The notes: generated by a model not told the origin, from the sequence alone. A DNA stretch of 63,874 nt, filler included, from an uncultured Methanosarcinales archaeon (GCA_964604995.1; 3 parts of 3 records of this genome joined end to end with filler, not necessarily neighbours in it), one strand, 5' to 3'; shown: positions 39,107 through 49,852, numbered from the whole stretch's first letter. Numbers and translations are program-made.

Positions 39107-40339
39107 TTATCTTCTAAAACGAGGTTTTTTATGTTTGAATTTAGATTTGAATCTTCCATAAAATTGTTTTTGTTGTTTTGGCACAGGTTTAGCAGCTGCA
39201 CCGACTGCATTTTTTGCTTGTTCTGAATGGTAGGCATGCTCTAGAACTTCAATTTTTTGTCTAATTAATTTTTCAATATCATTAAGAAAGTTTCTTTCAT
39301 CTGCAGCACAAAAAGAATAAGCTATTCCATCTGCTCCTGCTCTTGCAGTTCTACCAATTCTATGAACATAACTTTCAGGTTCATTTGGAAGCTCAAAATT
39401 TATGACATGAGAAATATCATCAATATCAATTCCGCGTGCAGCAATGTCTGTTGCAATTAAAACTTTTATTTTTCCTGACTTAAAATCATTAAGAGCTTGT
39501 GTTCTTGCAGTTTGTGATTTATTACCATGAATCGCATCTACTGAAATATTATTGTTGCTTAGATATAATGCAACTTTATTCGCACGATGTTTTGTTCTTG
39601 TAAATACTAAAACTCTTGTAAGATGTTCTTGTTTAAGAAGATCCAATAATAATTTTTCTTTAGAAGATGAATCTACAAAAAATACACACTGTTTTACACT
39701 TTCAACAGGAGTTGCCTGCGCTGCAACTTCGATATGAACTGGATTTTTGAGAAGTTTTCTTGCTAGATCATTTATTTGTGGAGACATTGTTGCTGAGAAA
39801 AAAAGTGTTTGTCTTTTTTGTGGCAATTTTGATATTATTTTTCTAATATCATGAATAAAACCCATATCTAGCATTCTATCTGCTTCATCTAAAACAAAAA
39901 ATTCAACATTTTTTAAACTGATTTTGCCTTGATTCATTAAATCAAGTAATCTACCAGGTGTTGCAACAATGATATCCACACCTTTAGACAGAGCATAAAC
40001 TTGTTGTAGTTGACCAACGCCTCCAAAAATTACAGTATGTTTAAATTTTAGAAATTTTCCATATGCAGAAAAACTTTCACCAATTTGCGCTGCAAGTTCT
40101 CTAGTTGGTGCAAGTATGAGTGTACGAACAGTTCGAGGATAATTTTCAGTCATTCTTTGAAGAATGGGTAGTACAAATGCGGCAGTTTTACCAGTTCCTG
40201 TTTGAGCTATTCCTATTAAATCATGTCCTCTTAATAAATCAGGAATTGCTTTTGATTGTATTGGTGTTGGTTCAATATATCCCTGCTCAGCAATTGCTCT
40301 TTCAAGTGGTTCTATTAAATTTAAATTTTTAAATGACAT
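39107..40339 (-). CDS. DEAD-box RNA helicase (RhlE-like)
   Basis: [31 protein letters not shown]. Confidence 0.96.
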   Translation of the reverse strand: MSFKNLNLIEPLERAIAEQGYIEPTPIQSKAIPDLLRGHDLIGIAQTGTGKTAAFVLPILQRMTENYPRTVRTLILAPTRELAAQIGESFSAYGKFLKFKHTVIFGGVGQLQQVYALSKGVDIIVATPGRLLDLMNQGKISLKNVEFFVLDEADRMLDMGFIHDIRKIISKLPQKRQTLFFSATMSPQINDLARKLLKNPVHIEVAAQATPVESVKQCVFFVDSSSKEKLLLDLLKQEHLTRVLVFTRTKHRANKVALYLSNNNISVDAIHGNKSQTARTQALNDFKSGKIKVLIATDIAARGIDIDDISHVINFELPNEPESYVHRIGRTARAGADGIAYSFCAADERNFLNDIEKLIRQKIEVLEHAYHSEQAKNAVGAAAKPVPKQQKQFYGRFKSKFKHKKPRFRR

Positions 40340-40555
40340 TTCTATCTCCTTTATTTTATCTTATTTGCATTACTTTTTTTATCTTCTTTTATTAAACGCA
40401 TTGATAATTATTTAATTTATAATACTATTTCTAATGTAAATTTAGTTGTTTTATTAAGGTATGTAATCATTTATATTTGATTATTTATATTTTAACTCTT
40501 CACTTTGCAATATTAATCAATTTATGCTTAACATTTTGATGCATTGTTTTATTTT

Positions 40556-41008
40556 TTAAGAACTATAAATTATGGTGTAACCTCTCATTTTAAATTCTGC
40601 AAGGAAAGGATATAATTTATTCTCTTTTACAGCAGGACATTCATCTGTTACAAGAATAGTTTTATTTTTCCAAATAAATAAAGGAAATTCTTTACAAGCT
40701 TTAGGTCTTAGGGGATTTTTGTGGATTGTGCATTTATAATCTAACAAATTAGGGCATCCATTTTGCTTACATCCATTTCGCTTTAAACCCAAATTAAATA
40801 TATACTTTTTTCTTTCAAACTTTGTTTTAACGGGTATAATCTTTAAATCTTTTATATTTGTATTTTGCATAAGTTTTACTTCAGATGCGGACAATAGTAA
40901 ATACCCTCTTCTGCAACAATATGCACTGCATTCCAAATAACAATAACTACTTAATGAGTCTCTTGCTTTCATAGCTAATTTTTCAGCATCTAAATCTTTT
41001 ACAATCAC
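40556..41008 (-). CDS. YkgJ-family cysteine-cluster protein
   Basis: C...C...CC, CP.L....C.IH...RP.AC..FP. Confidence 0.85.
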   Translation of the reverse strand: MIVKDLDAEKLAMKARDSLSSYCYLECSAYCCRRGYLLLSASEVKLMQNTNIKDLKIIPVKTKFERKKYIFNLGLKRNGCKQNGCPNLLDYKCTIHKNPLRPKACKEFPLFIWKNKTILVTDECPAVKENKLYPFLAEFKMRGYTIIYSS

Positions 41009-41190
41009 AAAATCATTAAATCTTACTTACTTAAAAGAGTATACTTTCCTAAAATGACCAATCTATTTTTTGTTCTAATTTTTCAATTCTATTTCAGTTC
41101 TATAATCAATTATTCAAACCTTCAATACAAGCTTTAAATACTAGTGATTATTTAGTGTTATTGAATTGTTAATATTAGGAGGTGCTGATA

Positions 41191-41682
41191 ATGGCATTAA
41201 GTAAAAAAATAGAAACGACATTAAATGAGCAGATTAATGCTGAGTTTAACTCTTCGTATTTGTATTTAGCAATGGCAGCATATTTTGAGGATTTAAATTT
41301 GAAAGGCATGGCAAAATGGATGAAGATGCAATCAAGCGAAGAACTAAAACACGGTTTAAAGCTTTTTGATTACACAATCGATAGGAAGGGAAGAGTAGTT
41401 TTATCAAAAATTGATACTCCAAAAAAAGAATGGAAGAATTTTGTTAGTGTATTTGAAGATGTATTAGCACATGAACAGTATATTACAACTAAAATAAACA
41501 AATTTATGGATATTGCAATATCTGAAAAAGACCATGCAACAGCAAGTATGCTTAAATGGTTTGTTGATGAACAGGTAGAAGAAGAAAGTGTAGTAGATGA
41601 AATCTTGGAAAAATTAAAACTTGTTGGAAATGATAACACTGCGCTATTTTTAATTGATAAAGAATTAGGTGAAAGAAAGTAA
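41191..41682 (+). CDS. ftnA: Ferritin
   Basis: LNEQINAE..S.YLY, EE..H, HE, WFVDEQVEEE ferroxidase residues. Confidence 0.95.
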   Translation: MALSKKIETTLNEQINAEFNSSYLYLAMAAYFEDLNLKGMAKWMKMQSSEELKHGLKLFDYTIDRKGRVVLSKIDTPKKEWKNFVSVFEDVLAHEQYITTKINKFMDIAISEKDHATASMLKWFVDEQVEEESVVDEILEKLKLVGNDNTALFLIDKELGERK

Positions 41683-41707
41683 ATTTTAATTTTAGGTTAA
41701 ATTTGGA

Positions 41708-42424
41708 GTGAAAACAATGAATGTGAACACTAAAAAAAATAATATCAACTTACTTAACTTTTTTTTATTTTCAACTATTTTATTTGCATCAAGTTTAATT
41801 TTTTTGTCAGGTTGTTCAAATAACACTCTTCAAACTAATGATGGTGCAAATACTAATTTAGATACTACTGTAAAAACCAATCAAGATACTAATTTGGAAA
41901 GCACTCAAAGTGCATCTTTAGGTGATAATATGTACGCGGTTATGGAAACAAATTATGGCACTATCAAAATAAAATTAGACTCAGAAAAAGCACCAATTTC
42001 TGTTGCGAATTTTAAAAAATATGCAGAAAGTAATTTTTACGATGGAACAATCTTCCATAGGGTAATTCCTGGATTTATGATTCAAGGTGGAGGCTTTATG
42101 CCAGATGGTACACAAAAGCAGACAAACACACCAATTAAAAACGAAGCTAATAATAAACTTTCAAATAAAAGAGGAACAATAGCTATGGCAAGAACAGGAG
42201 TTATTGATTCAGCAACTAGTCAATTTTTTATCAATACTGTTGATAACAACATGCTCGATTACAAAGACGATCTTAATTATGGTTATGCAGTATTTGGTGA
42301 AGTCATTTCAGGTATGGACACAGTTGATAAAATTTCACAAGTACAAACCGGACAAAGACCACCATTTAATGATTGGCCAAAAAGTGATGTTATAATCCAA
42401 AGTGTAAAAATAACTAATAACTGA
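41708..42424 (+). CDS. Cyclophilin-type PPIase with a lipoprotein-like signal peptide
   Basis: FHRVIPGFMIQGGG, RGTIAMAR, SATSQFFIN; LSGC lipobox after the hydrophobic segment. Confidence 0.93.
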   Translation: MKTMNVNTKKNNINLLNFFLFSTILFASSLIFLSGCSNNTLQTNDGANTNLDTTVKTNQDTNLESTQSASLGDNMYAVMETNYGTIKIKLDSEKAPISVANFKKYAESNFYDGTIFHRVIPGFMIQGGGFMPDGTQKQTNTPIKNEANNKLSNKRGTIAMARTGVIDSATSQFFINTVDNNMLDYKDDLNYGYAVFGEVISGMDTVDKISQVQTGQRPPFNDWPKSDVIIQSVKITNN

Positions 42425-42588
42425 TACTTAACTAATTGGTACACTTAACTAATTGGTGATTATTCAATCTTTTTTAGTTGATTTATATTTATTTTATTAC
42501 TCTTTTATTCTACAAATTGTTATTTTTGAAAATGTTATTTTTTATTTCAAGGATATCTTTAAATAGTATCAATAATTGAAAATTAATA

Positions 42589-42972
42589 ATGACTAAAATT
42601 AAATTAATGACCCCTCAAGAAATTGAAGTTTGGTATATTTTGCCATCTATAAGAAAAGAATTTGCTAAAGTTATGGTTGAAAAAGGAATGTCACAAAAAG
42701 ATGTTGCAAAAAAACTTCATTTAACTGAACCTGCCATTTCTCAATATCTAAAAGAAAAACGTGCAAATGATGTCAAATTCAATGCACAAGTAAAATCTGA
42801 AGTAAAAAAATCAGTTGATAAAATACTAAAAGAAAATTCACCGCATATTCTTATCTGTGAATTGCAAAGGATGCTTAGTGTAGTAAAACAAGAAATGGTA
42901 CTTTGTGATGTACATAAAAAACTTGATGCAAGTTTGCCTGCAAATTGTGATCATTGTAAAAAATTCTGGTAA
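42589..42972 (+). CDS. HTH transcriptional regulator with a C-terminal Cys/His motif
   Basis: P.E......LPSIR, SQ.DVA..L..T..AISQY...KR, C..H...C..C. Confidence 0.85.
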   Translation: MTKIKLMTPQEIEVWYILPSIRKEFAKVMVEKGMSQKDVAKKLHLTEPAISQYLKEKRANDVKFNAQVKSEVKKSVDKILKENSPHILICELQRMLSVVKQEMVLCDVHKKLDASLPANCDHCKKFW

Positions 42973-43259
42973 TTTGATTTTAATATTTGATATTTTCCTC
43001 TAATTTTTATTTCTATTTTTTATTAAATTAATAATTTTTTGAAAAAATAATTCTTAAACTTCTTAAATCAAATTTCCATACCATTATAACTAATAGAATA
43101 TTAATATAGATTTATCTATACTAATATATATTTATGGTCAGTATGGTATTTAGAAACATTTATATATTAGTTGTGTCATAATTAAACCATTATACCTTTT
43201 TGTATATCAAAAGTTGAAACATTCAATTATAGTCAAAAACTACAAAAAACTGATGAAAA

Positions 43260-43481
43260 ATGAATCCATTAGACGAGAATTTTCCATTTGAAAGCAAAGA
43301 ACAATTTGAAAAAGTATTTGTTACTTTTACTGATGATTTTTGTGTATCTGATGGTGAAAAAGAACTTGTTATTGCAATAAATGTGGAATTTGCTTTTGAT
43401 GTTGCTCTTGATAATAAATTAGACGAAGATAATTATTTATTAGTTGGTAATTCCAATAGGTCCTTAGATATGGGTGTATGA
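43260..43481 (+). CDS. Small acidic hypothetical protein
   Basis: 73-aa ORF only. Confidence 0.4.
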   Translation: MNPLDENFPFESKEQFEKVFVTFTDDFCVSDGEKELVIAINVEFAFDVALDNKLDEDNYLLVGNSNRSLDMGV

Positions 43482-43564
43482 TTCTAATTAAAATATCTCT
43501 TAAGAATCATATTTCTTAAGAATTCTATTTAGATTTAATAAAATAAGGATTAATAAAAAATAAT

Positions 43565-44026
43565 TTATTTTTTTAAACCCATATGGTTTAATTTGATACC
43601 ACATTGTTTAGCATAAGTTGTTATTCTTTCATCACGATAAAATTCTTTAAAATGAACAACTTTAACGCCTGAATTTGCAATTAGTTTAAAACAGTTTAAA
43701 CAAGGTGAAGCAGTTATAAAAATTTCTGAATTATCAATATTAATCCCATTTTTTGCAGCTTGTGCAACGGCATTTGTTTCAGCATGAACTGTTCTTACAC
43801 AGTGTCCATTTTCCATATCATGGCCTACTTCATCACAATGAGGGGCTCCTCTTATGCTTCCATTATATCCAGTTGAAAGAATTGTTTTGTCCCTTACAAT
43901 AACAGCACCTACAAACTTCCTATCGCATGTGCTTCTTGTTGCAACTTGATTTGCAATATTCATAAAATATTCATCCCAATTCACTCTTTTTCTTTCTGTT
44001 TTTTGTTCTTGAGCATTCTCTGACAT
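43565..44026 (-). CDS. dCMP deaminase (ComEB family)
   Basis: W.EYFM.IA, RSTC.R..VGA, GYNG, HAE.NA, PC..C. Confidence 0.93.
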   Translation of the reverse strand: MSENAQEQKTERKRVNWDEYFMNIANQVATRSTCDRKFVGAVIVRDKTILSTGYNGSIRGAPHCDEVGHDMENGHCVRTVHAETNAVAQAAKNGINIDNSEIFITASPCLNCFKLIANSGVKVVHFKEFYRDERITTYAKQCGIKLNHMGLKK

Positions 44027-44028
44027 TT

Positions 44029-44625
44029 TTACCCCTCCAAAATATCTTTCCATATTTTATCAATAGTATTTTTCAAATCGTTTAAATTTCCTTCATTATT
44101 GATAGTAAAATCAGCTATTGCAATTGGACCTGCTTTATGTAAATTTTCTATCTCTGATTTATCTCTTGAATCTACTTCTTGAGAAGATAAGGGTCTAATC
44201 TTTCTTTTTGACAATCGTTGTTTTCTTGTTTTTGGTGAAGCATAAATTGCAATCATAAAAAAATTATTTTTGTATTTTTTTTTCATAACTAAATACTCTT
44301 CCCAGCTATACAAACCATCGACTAATACATCTGATTGCTCCAATAAAACATCAATCTTTGGAATAGTTAATTTGGCATACGCTTCCATACCATAATCTTT
44401 TCTTAAAGATTCTCTTATCATTCTTTCATTTATTTCATTTACTTCAAGATTTCTTTTTTTAAGTTCATCCATTGTTACATCGCCAAGTCTAATGTAACTT
44501 AATCCAAATTTTTTAAAGAATTCGCATGCATCAGTTTTGCCTGCGCCACACATACCAACTAGTGCAATTATCTTATTTTGTTTTACTTTATTTTCTTTTT
44601 TAGAAATGCTATTATTTTCTACCAT
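44029..44625 (-). CDS. P-loop nucleotide kinase (dephospho-CoA kinase-like)
   Basis: GMCGAGKT, VDG.....E, R..RL..R, RD..E, AD..I.N. Confidence 0.85.
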   Translation of the reverse strand: MVENNSISKKENKVKQNKIIALVGMCGAGKTDACEFFKKFGLSYIRLGDVTMDELKKRNLEVNEINERMIRESLRKDYGMEAYAKLTIPKIDVLLEQSDVLVDGLYSWEEYLVMKKKYKNNFFMIAIYASPKTRKQRLSKRKIRPLSSQEVDSRDKSEIENLHKAGPIAIADFTINNEGNLNDLKNTIDKIWKDILEG

Positions 44626-44747
44626 GGTAAAAAGATTTATGCAGGAATATAAAAAGATTAGGTTTAACAGTACTAATTTTTATAACTTTTTTATTTTTAT
44701 CTTTTTTTGTAGAATTTGATATTTCCTATCTTTCCAATACTATTTTT

Positions 44748-45380
44748 TTAATATTCAATACCTTTTCTTGCTTTTATTCCTTGTTGCCAAGGATGTTTTA
44801 TCTTTTGTATTACTGATACATAATCAGCATGTTCAAATAATTTATCAGGAGCATCTCTACCAGTAAATACTAATTCTACTTTGCCGTGAGTTTTAATTAA
44901 ATCTAAAGCTTCATCAATACTTATTAATCCTTTATCAATAACACAATTAATTTCATCTAAAATTACAACTTCAAAATTATTGGAACGAATTATTTCTTGC
45001 GCAGTTTTTAGACCTAATCTTGCAGCTTCTTTTTCAATTTCATCTGGTCTAAATACAAATTTTGAATCTTCAGATACAATTGCTCCATTTGTTAGCATCA
45101 TTTGGGGTTTGTTTCTTTCTTTTATTGCATCAGAACCATATTGGTCTATGCTAAAATTTTCTTTAAATTCATTGGCACTTTTTAGTTCTCCAGAAAAACC
45201 ACTTTTTAAGAATTGAATCATATAAACTTTATACCCATTACCTAAGGCTCGCATTGCAAGTCCAAGTGATGCTGTAGTTTTACCTTTACCATCACCAGTA
45301 TAGATATGAACTAAACCAAGATTGTCTTTACTGTCGTCGCCTTTGACAGTTATTGCTTTTCTTATTTTTGTAACCATCAA
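44748..45380 (-). CDS. cobO: ATP:cob(I)alamin adenosyltransferase (CobO/BtuR)
   Basis: YTGDGKGKTTASLG, IQFLK, ILDEI, LVFTGR.AP, KHP....ARKGIEY. Confidence 0.95.
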   Translation of the reverse strand: MMVTKIRKAITVKGDDSKDNLGLVHIYTGDGKGKTTASLGLAMRALGNGYKVYMIQFLKSGFSGELKSANEFKENFSIDQYGSDAIKERNKPQMMLTNGAIVSEDSKFVFRPDEIEKEAARLGLKTAQEIIRSNNFEVVILDEINCVIDKGLISIDEALDLIKTHGKVELVFTGRDAPDKLFEHADYVSVIQKIKHPWQQGIKARKGIEY

Positions 45381-45448
45381 ATCACTCTTTTTGATTAATT
45401 GATAAATAATTATATATCTAAATCATATGGTAATTATTATTTTTTAAT

Positions 45449-45898
45449 TTATTTTTGAAGTGTTTTTAATTCTTCTTTAAATGAAGTTAAATCTTTGAAT
45501 TCTTTGTAAACTGAAGCAAAACGCATATATGCAACTTCATCAACTTTTTTTAATTTTTTAATAACCATTTCACCAATTAATATTGAGGGCACTTCGCTTT
45601 TTCCAAGTGTTCGAAGTTTACCTTCGATTTCATTTAATATTTCAATTATTCTATCTTCATTTATTGGTCTTTTTTCAAGTGCTATTCTAAGTCCTCTTTC
45701 AAGTTTACTTCTTTCATAGGGTTCAGTTGTACCATCTTTTTTTATAACTGTAATTTCCACCATTTCAACTTTTTCATATGTAGTAAATCTTTTTTCACAT
45801 TTGAGGCATTCACGTCTTCTTCTAATAACTTGAGACTCTTCAGTATCTCTTTTATCTACCACTTTAGATTCCGGATGTCCGCAGTATGGACATTTCAT
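45449..45898 (-). CDS. nrdR: Transcriptional repressor NrdR
   Basis: MKCPYC...RRRRECLKC..RFTTYE, ATP cone, DEVAY.RFASVY..F. Confidence 0.97.
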   Translation of the reverse strand: MKCPYCGHPESKVVDKRDTEESQVIRRRRECLKCEKRFTTYEKVEMVEITVIKKDGTTEPYERSKLERGLRIALEKRPINEDRIIEILNEIEGKLRTLGKSEVPSILIGEMVIKKLKKVDEVAYMRFASVYKEFKDLTSFKEELKTLQK

Positions 45899-45955
45899 GA
45901 TATAGCCCCCTAAAATTTTAAATATTTAGTATTTATCGTTATTTATATATTTTAT

Positions 45956-46003
45956 ATACCACCAATTGTGTTAGTTAAACAGTTTTAATACAATATATTG
46001 TGT
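45956..46003. promoter_or_regulatory. Tandem NrdR boxes
   Basis: ATACAATATATTGTGT (45988-46003) and a weaker ATACCACCAATTGTGT (45956-45971), 32 bp apart, just downstream of the minus-strand TTTATATA (46019-46026). Confidence 0.75.
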
Positions 46004-46050
46004 TTTAAACAATCTTGGTATATAAATATTTATATTTTTGGAACGCTATT

Positions 46051-46434
46051 TTAAGAAACTATCAATTTTAGAAATTCAGCTTTCTTACTCTTATTAATCT
46101 CACGTAAAAATACTTTAAGTTGCTTGGCATCACCATCAATAATAAAAATCTGAAGGCATTTTTCTTTGTCAAGATCACTATGTATTTGTGTTTTTATAAT
46201 TTTTTCATGCTTATGCCTTAATGTCGAAAGAGTGTGGGAAAAGTTTTCGTTATGTACTACAACAAGAACTGCATGAACATGGCCAACAAGTTTTTCTTTT
46301 TCTTTTTTATCTTGCAAAAGTAACCTTGCTCCTGCTCTTACTACTTCACTTCGACTCGAAAAACCTAAATCGTCTTTTAACAAATCAATTTCATTTAATA
46401 ATTTTTCATCTAAAGACATACTTATTATTTTCAT
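46051..46434 (-). CDS. nikR: NikR-family RHH metalloregulator
   Basis: IISMSL...LL.E.D......SRSE.VR, H-rich C-domain, CL.IFI..G. Confidence 0.85.
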   Translation of the reverse strand: MKIISMSLDEKLLNEIDLLKDDLGFSSRSEVVRAGARLLLQDKKEKEKLVGHVHAVLVVVHNENFSHTLSTLRHKHEKIIKTQIHSDLDKEKCLQIFIIDGDAKQLKVFLREINKSKKAEFLKLIVS

Positions 46435-46615
46435 TCTTCAAAGAATTATTAATATATTTATAAATCTTACTTAATTATTATTAAGATAACATTTAAATAT
46501 TAATAACCTTCTCTATGATTAAATATTATTAAAACTTAATTTTATAATTTCAAGAGTTAAATTATTATTTAAAAATTAAACTATGATTAAACCTTATTGA
46601 GGAGTTGAACATAAC

Positions 46616-47284
46616 ATGCATATTGCTGAAGGATTTTTACCACCATTTTGGGCAATATTTTGGTGGGTTGTAGCTTTGCCATTTATTATTTGGGGCGTAT
46701 TTTCCACTGGTAAAATATTTAAAAAAAATCCAGAATATAAATTAACATTGGCAGTTGCTGGTGCATTTATATTTGTTTTATCTTCTTTAAAGTTACCTTC
46801 TGTTACAGGTTCATCATCGCATCCAACAGGAACAGGTCTTGCCGCTATTCTTTTTGGACCAGCAGTAACTGCTCTTTTAGCTTTTATTGTACTTGTTTTT
46901 CAAGCACTTCTTTTAGCGCATGGTGGTATAACTACCCTTGGTGCTGATGTTGTTTCGATGGGTATTGTTGGGCCAATGGTTGCTTTTTTAGTTTTTAAAA
47001 TATTAAGAAAATTCAATGTCAAATTAATTCCAACAGTATTCATTGCTGCAGTTTTATCTGATTTAATAACTTATGTGGTAACCTCTTTCCAATTAGCTTT
47101 AGCTTATCCATCAGCAATGGGCATAATGGGTTCATTTTGGGTATTTATGGGCGTATTTGCAATAACCCAAATTCCACTTGCAATAGCTGAAGGAATACTA
47201 ATTGCAATATTTTTTGATTATTTAAGAAAATCAAAACCTAAAATCATATCTTCCTTAATTTGTAAAAATGCTTTAAATGATTAA
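46616..47284 (+). CDS. cbiM: Cobalt ECF transporter S component
   Basis: MHIAEGFLP N-terminus, LKLPSVTGSSSHPTG, HGGITTLG. Confidence 0.95.
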   Translation: MHIAEGFLPPFWAIFWWVVALPFIIWGVFSTGKIFKKNPEYKLTLAVAGAFIFVLSSLKLPSVTGSSSHPTGTGLAAILFGPAVTALLAFIVLVFQALLLAHGGITTLGADVVSMGIVGPMVAFLVFKILRKFNVKLIPTVFIAAVLSDLITYVVTSFQLALAYPSAMGIMGSFWVFMGVFAITQIPLAIAEGILIAIFFDYLRKSKPKIISSLICKNALND

Positions 47285-47337
47285 TAATTAAAAATTTAGT
47301 GAATCAACTTTAGTGAATCAGCTTTAATGGTGATAAA

Positions 47338-47634
47338 ATGAAAGATTGGACAAAATACACAATTGGTTTTGTAATAATAATCTTAATATTTTTAGTATCT
47401 TTAATGTTAAATCCTAAAGCTGAATTTGGTGGAGCAGATGTAGCAGGTACAGAAGCAATATTATCAATTAATCCTACTTATCAAGTTTGGTTTAATCCTT
47501 TATGGACACCAAAACCAGAAACTGAATCTATGCTTTTTGCTTTGCAAGCAGCAATCGGTGCTTTTATTATTGGATATTTTGTCGGAACAACCAGAGCAGA
47601 AACAAAAGCAGAAAATAAAAAAAGCAGAAAATAA
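47338..47634 (+). CDS. cbiN: Cobalt transport protein CbiN
   Basis: FGGAD, Y..WF.PLW.P..E.ES.LFALQAAIGA. Confidence 0.93.
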   Translation: MKDWTKYTIGFVIIILIFLVSLMLNPKAEFGGADVAGTEAILSINPTYQVWFNPLWTPKPETESMLFALQAAIGAFIIGYFVGTTRAETKAENKKSRK

Positions 47635-47725
47635 AAAAATAAAAAACATTAATAAAGCTCCTTATATTCCTACCTATAATTTAATAATTAAATTAATAAA
47701 AATATCAGAATAAAAACTAACTCCC

Positions 47726-48529
47726 ATGGATTCTACAACACTTGACGAAATGGCTTATAAAAGCAGATTTGTTTTATGGCCACCACTTGGCAAACTTTTG
47801 TTAGCATTATCTTTATTATTTGGTTCTTTATTTGCTAAATCTCCGATTGTACCAATTATAGTACTAATTGTTGGTTTAACATTTATTTTTTTATCATCTA
47901 ATTTTAAACTTCCAAAATATATTGCACTAGCTTATCTAAATACTTTATTACTTTTATTTATTGGTGCAATTGTAATTTTATTTTTAACACCTGGTACAGT
48001 TTTATGGGCTCATCAAATACCATTTTTTACAATCTCTTTTGCAGTTTCTATAACTGTGCAAGGGGCCAATTTAGCAATTCTTGTTTTCATTCGAGCTTTA
48101 GCAGGGTTTGCAGTTTTGCTTTTTTTCTCTTCATCAACGCCAATACCTCATTTATTTATTGCACTAAGACAAATCAAAATTCCGGAACATGTATCCGAAC
48201 TTACAATTTTAATTTACAGGTATTTTTTTCTTTTACTTGAACAATTTGGGAATATGGTTATTGCAGCTGACTGTAGGTTAGGATTTAAAAATCTCAAGAC
48301 TACAATTAGAACTTCAGGAATGCTTGCTGCAGGAATTTTTGGCAGGTCAATGGATTTTGCAGAACGTGCACAACAAGCATTATATTGTAGAAATTTTCAA
48401 GGTAAATTTCCAACATTAAACAAACCTAAAGAAATAAATTTTTTGTGGATAATTGGAACAATTTGTATATTTTTAGGTTTAATTTATTTTAGTTATAAAA
48501 GTAAAAATATCTTGGTATTTCAAGTATGA
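47726..48529 (+). CDS. cbiQ: Cobalt ECF transporter T component
   Basis: STP...L..ALR..KIP, LIYRY.FLL, A..CRLG. Confidence 0.92.
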   Translation: MDSTTLDEMAYKSRFVLWPPLGKLLLALSLLFGSLFAKSPIVPIIVLIVGLTFIFLSSNFKLPKYIALAYLNTLLLLFIGAIVILFLTPGTVLWAHQIPFFTISFAVSITVQGANLAILVFIRALAGFAVLLFFSSSTPIPHLFIALRQIKIPEHVSELTILIYRYFFLLLEQFGNMVIAADCRLGFKNLKTTIRTSGMLAAGIFGRSMDFAERAQQALYCRNFQGKFPTLNKPKEINFLWIIGTICIFLGLIYFSYKSKNILVFQV

Positions 48530-48571
48530 AACTTTTAAGATATAATCTTTAAATATGAATGGAGGATAATA

Positions 48572-49852
48572 ATGGTATCATTAAAAAATAAAACACAGGA
48601 AACTAAAACTAATAAAAATAGTAAAAATATGGTCGATAAAATGGTAGCAAAAATCTCTTCTAAACAAACTGATGTAATCACAATTTCTAATTTATCTTAT
48701 TCTTATGATTCCAAATCTAATGCATTAGATAATCTTACTTTAAGCATTCCTAAAGGTAAAAAAACTGTTTTCTTGGGTCCAAACGGTGCAGGAAAATCAA
48801 CATTATTTTTGCATTTTAATGGTGTGAATAAACCTGATTCTGGAAAAGTTTTTTTTGAAGGTGAAGAATTAAAATATGATTCAAAATCATTAACTAAACT
48901 TAGAGAAAATGTTTGTTTAGTTTTTCAAAATCCAGATGATCAAATTTTTTCAACAACAGTTGAAGAAGATGTTGCTTTTGGTCCATTAAATTTAGATTTA
49001 CCACAAGAAGAAGTTCATAAAAGAGTTGATCAAGCACTTTTATGGGTTGGATTATTGGATTTGAAAAAAAGACCAACACAACAATTATCTTTTGGTCAAA
49101 GAAAAAGAGTTGCACTGGCAGGAGCCCTTGCAATGAATCCTAAGGTACTTATTATGGATGAACCAACAGCTGGTCTTGATACTGAGATGGTTCATGAATT
49201 ACTTGAACTTGCAGATGAATTAAATCATAGGGGTATTACAGTTGTTATGTCCACTCATGATATAGAAACTGCTTACGAATGGGCTGATGAAGTTAAAGTT
49301 ATTTTAAATGGAAAATTATTTTTTTCAGGAAAACCAGAAGCACTTTTTAGACAATCAGAATTGCTACATGTTTTAGGGATTATTCCACCTATGGCTTTTC
49401 TTTTAAATGAACAATTAAATTTGAGAACTGGTAAATCCGTGTTTCCATATCCTAAAAGTTTTTTGGAACTTTCGCCTAAATTATTTAGTGATAATAATTC
49501 TAAGAATAATAAAAATGGGGAAATCTATTTAATTTGTGTTGATGAATTTAAAGATAAATTAGATGTTAAAAAATTAGCAAGAAAAATTCATTTAAAATTC
49601 AAGCGTTTACATAAACGTGCAGGAGTATATGGTACAGTCGCAAGACAGATGGTCGATAAAGGGTTACTTGATGTGCATTTTAGATTTCACGCTCTAGAAC
49701 ATGGACTTTTTCAAGCTAGTTTAGGGGAGTCTTTTTTACTTTATACTGATAGTTCATTATGTTCATTAGTTGACAAAAGAGCAAATTATCTCAATAAAAC
49801 TTTAGGTTTAAATTTAAAAGTTTTTCATCTACATAAAAAAGATTTAGACTGA
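48572..49852 (+). CDS. cbiO: Cobalt ECF ATPase with a C-terminal extension
   Basis: GPNGAGKST, FQNPDDQ, LSFGQRKR, DEPTAGLD, STHD. Confidence 0.93.
   Translation: MVSLKNKTQETKTNKNSKNMVDKMVAKISSKQTDVITISNLSYSYDSKSNALDNLTLSIPKGKKTVFLGPNGAGKSTLFLHFNGVNKPDSGKVFFEGEELKYDSKSLTKLRENVCLVFQNPDDQIFSTTVEEDVAFGPLNLDLPQEEVHKRVDQALLWVGLLDLKKRPTQQLSFGQRKRVALAGALAMNPKVLIMDEPTAGLDTEMVHELLELADELNHRGITVVMSTHDIETAYEWADEVKVILNGKLFFSGKPEALFRQSELLHVLGIIPPMAFLLNEQLNLRTGKSVFPYPKSFLELSPKLFSDNNSKNNKNGEIYLICVDEFKDKLDVKKLARKIHLKFKRLHKRAGVYGTVARQMVDKGLLDVHFRFHALEHGLFQASLGESFLLYTDSSLCSLVDKRANYLNKTLGLNLKVFHLHKKDLD

Noticed and set aside
46435..46615. NikR operator or cobalamin riboswitch upstream of cbiM
   Set aside because: TTATTAA-N15-TTAATAA is present, but the region is too AT-rich for it to be significant; no riboswitch core is visible.
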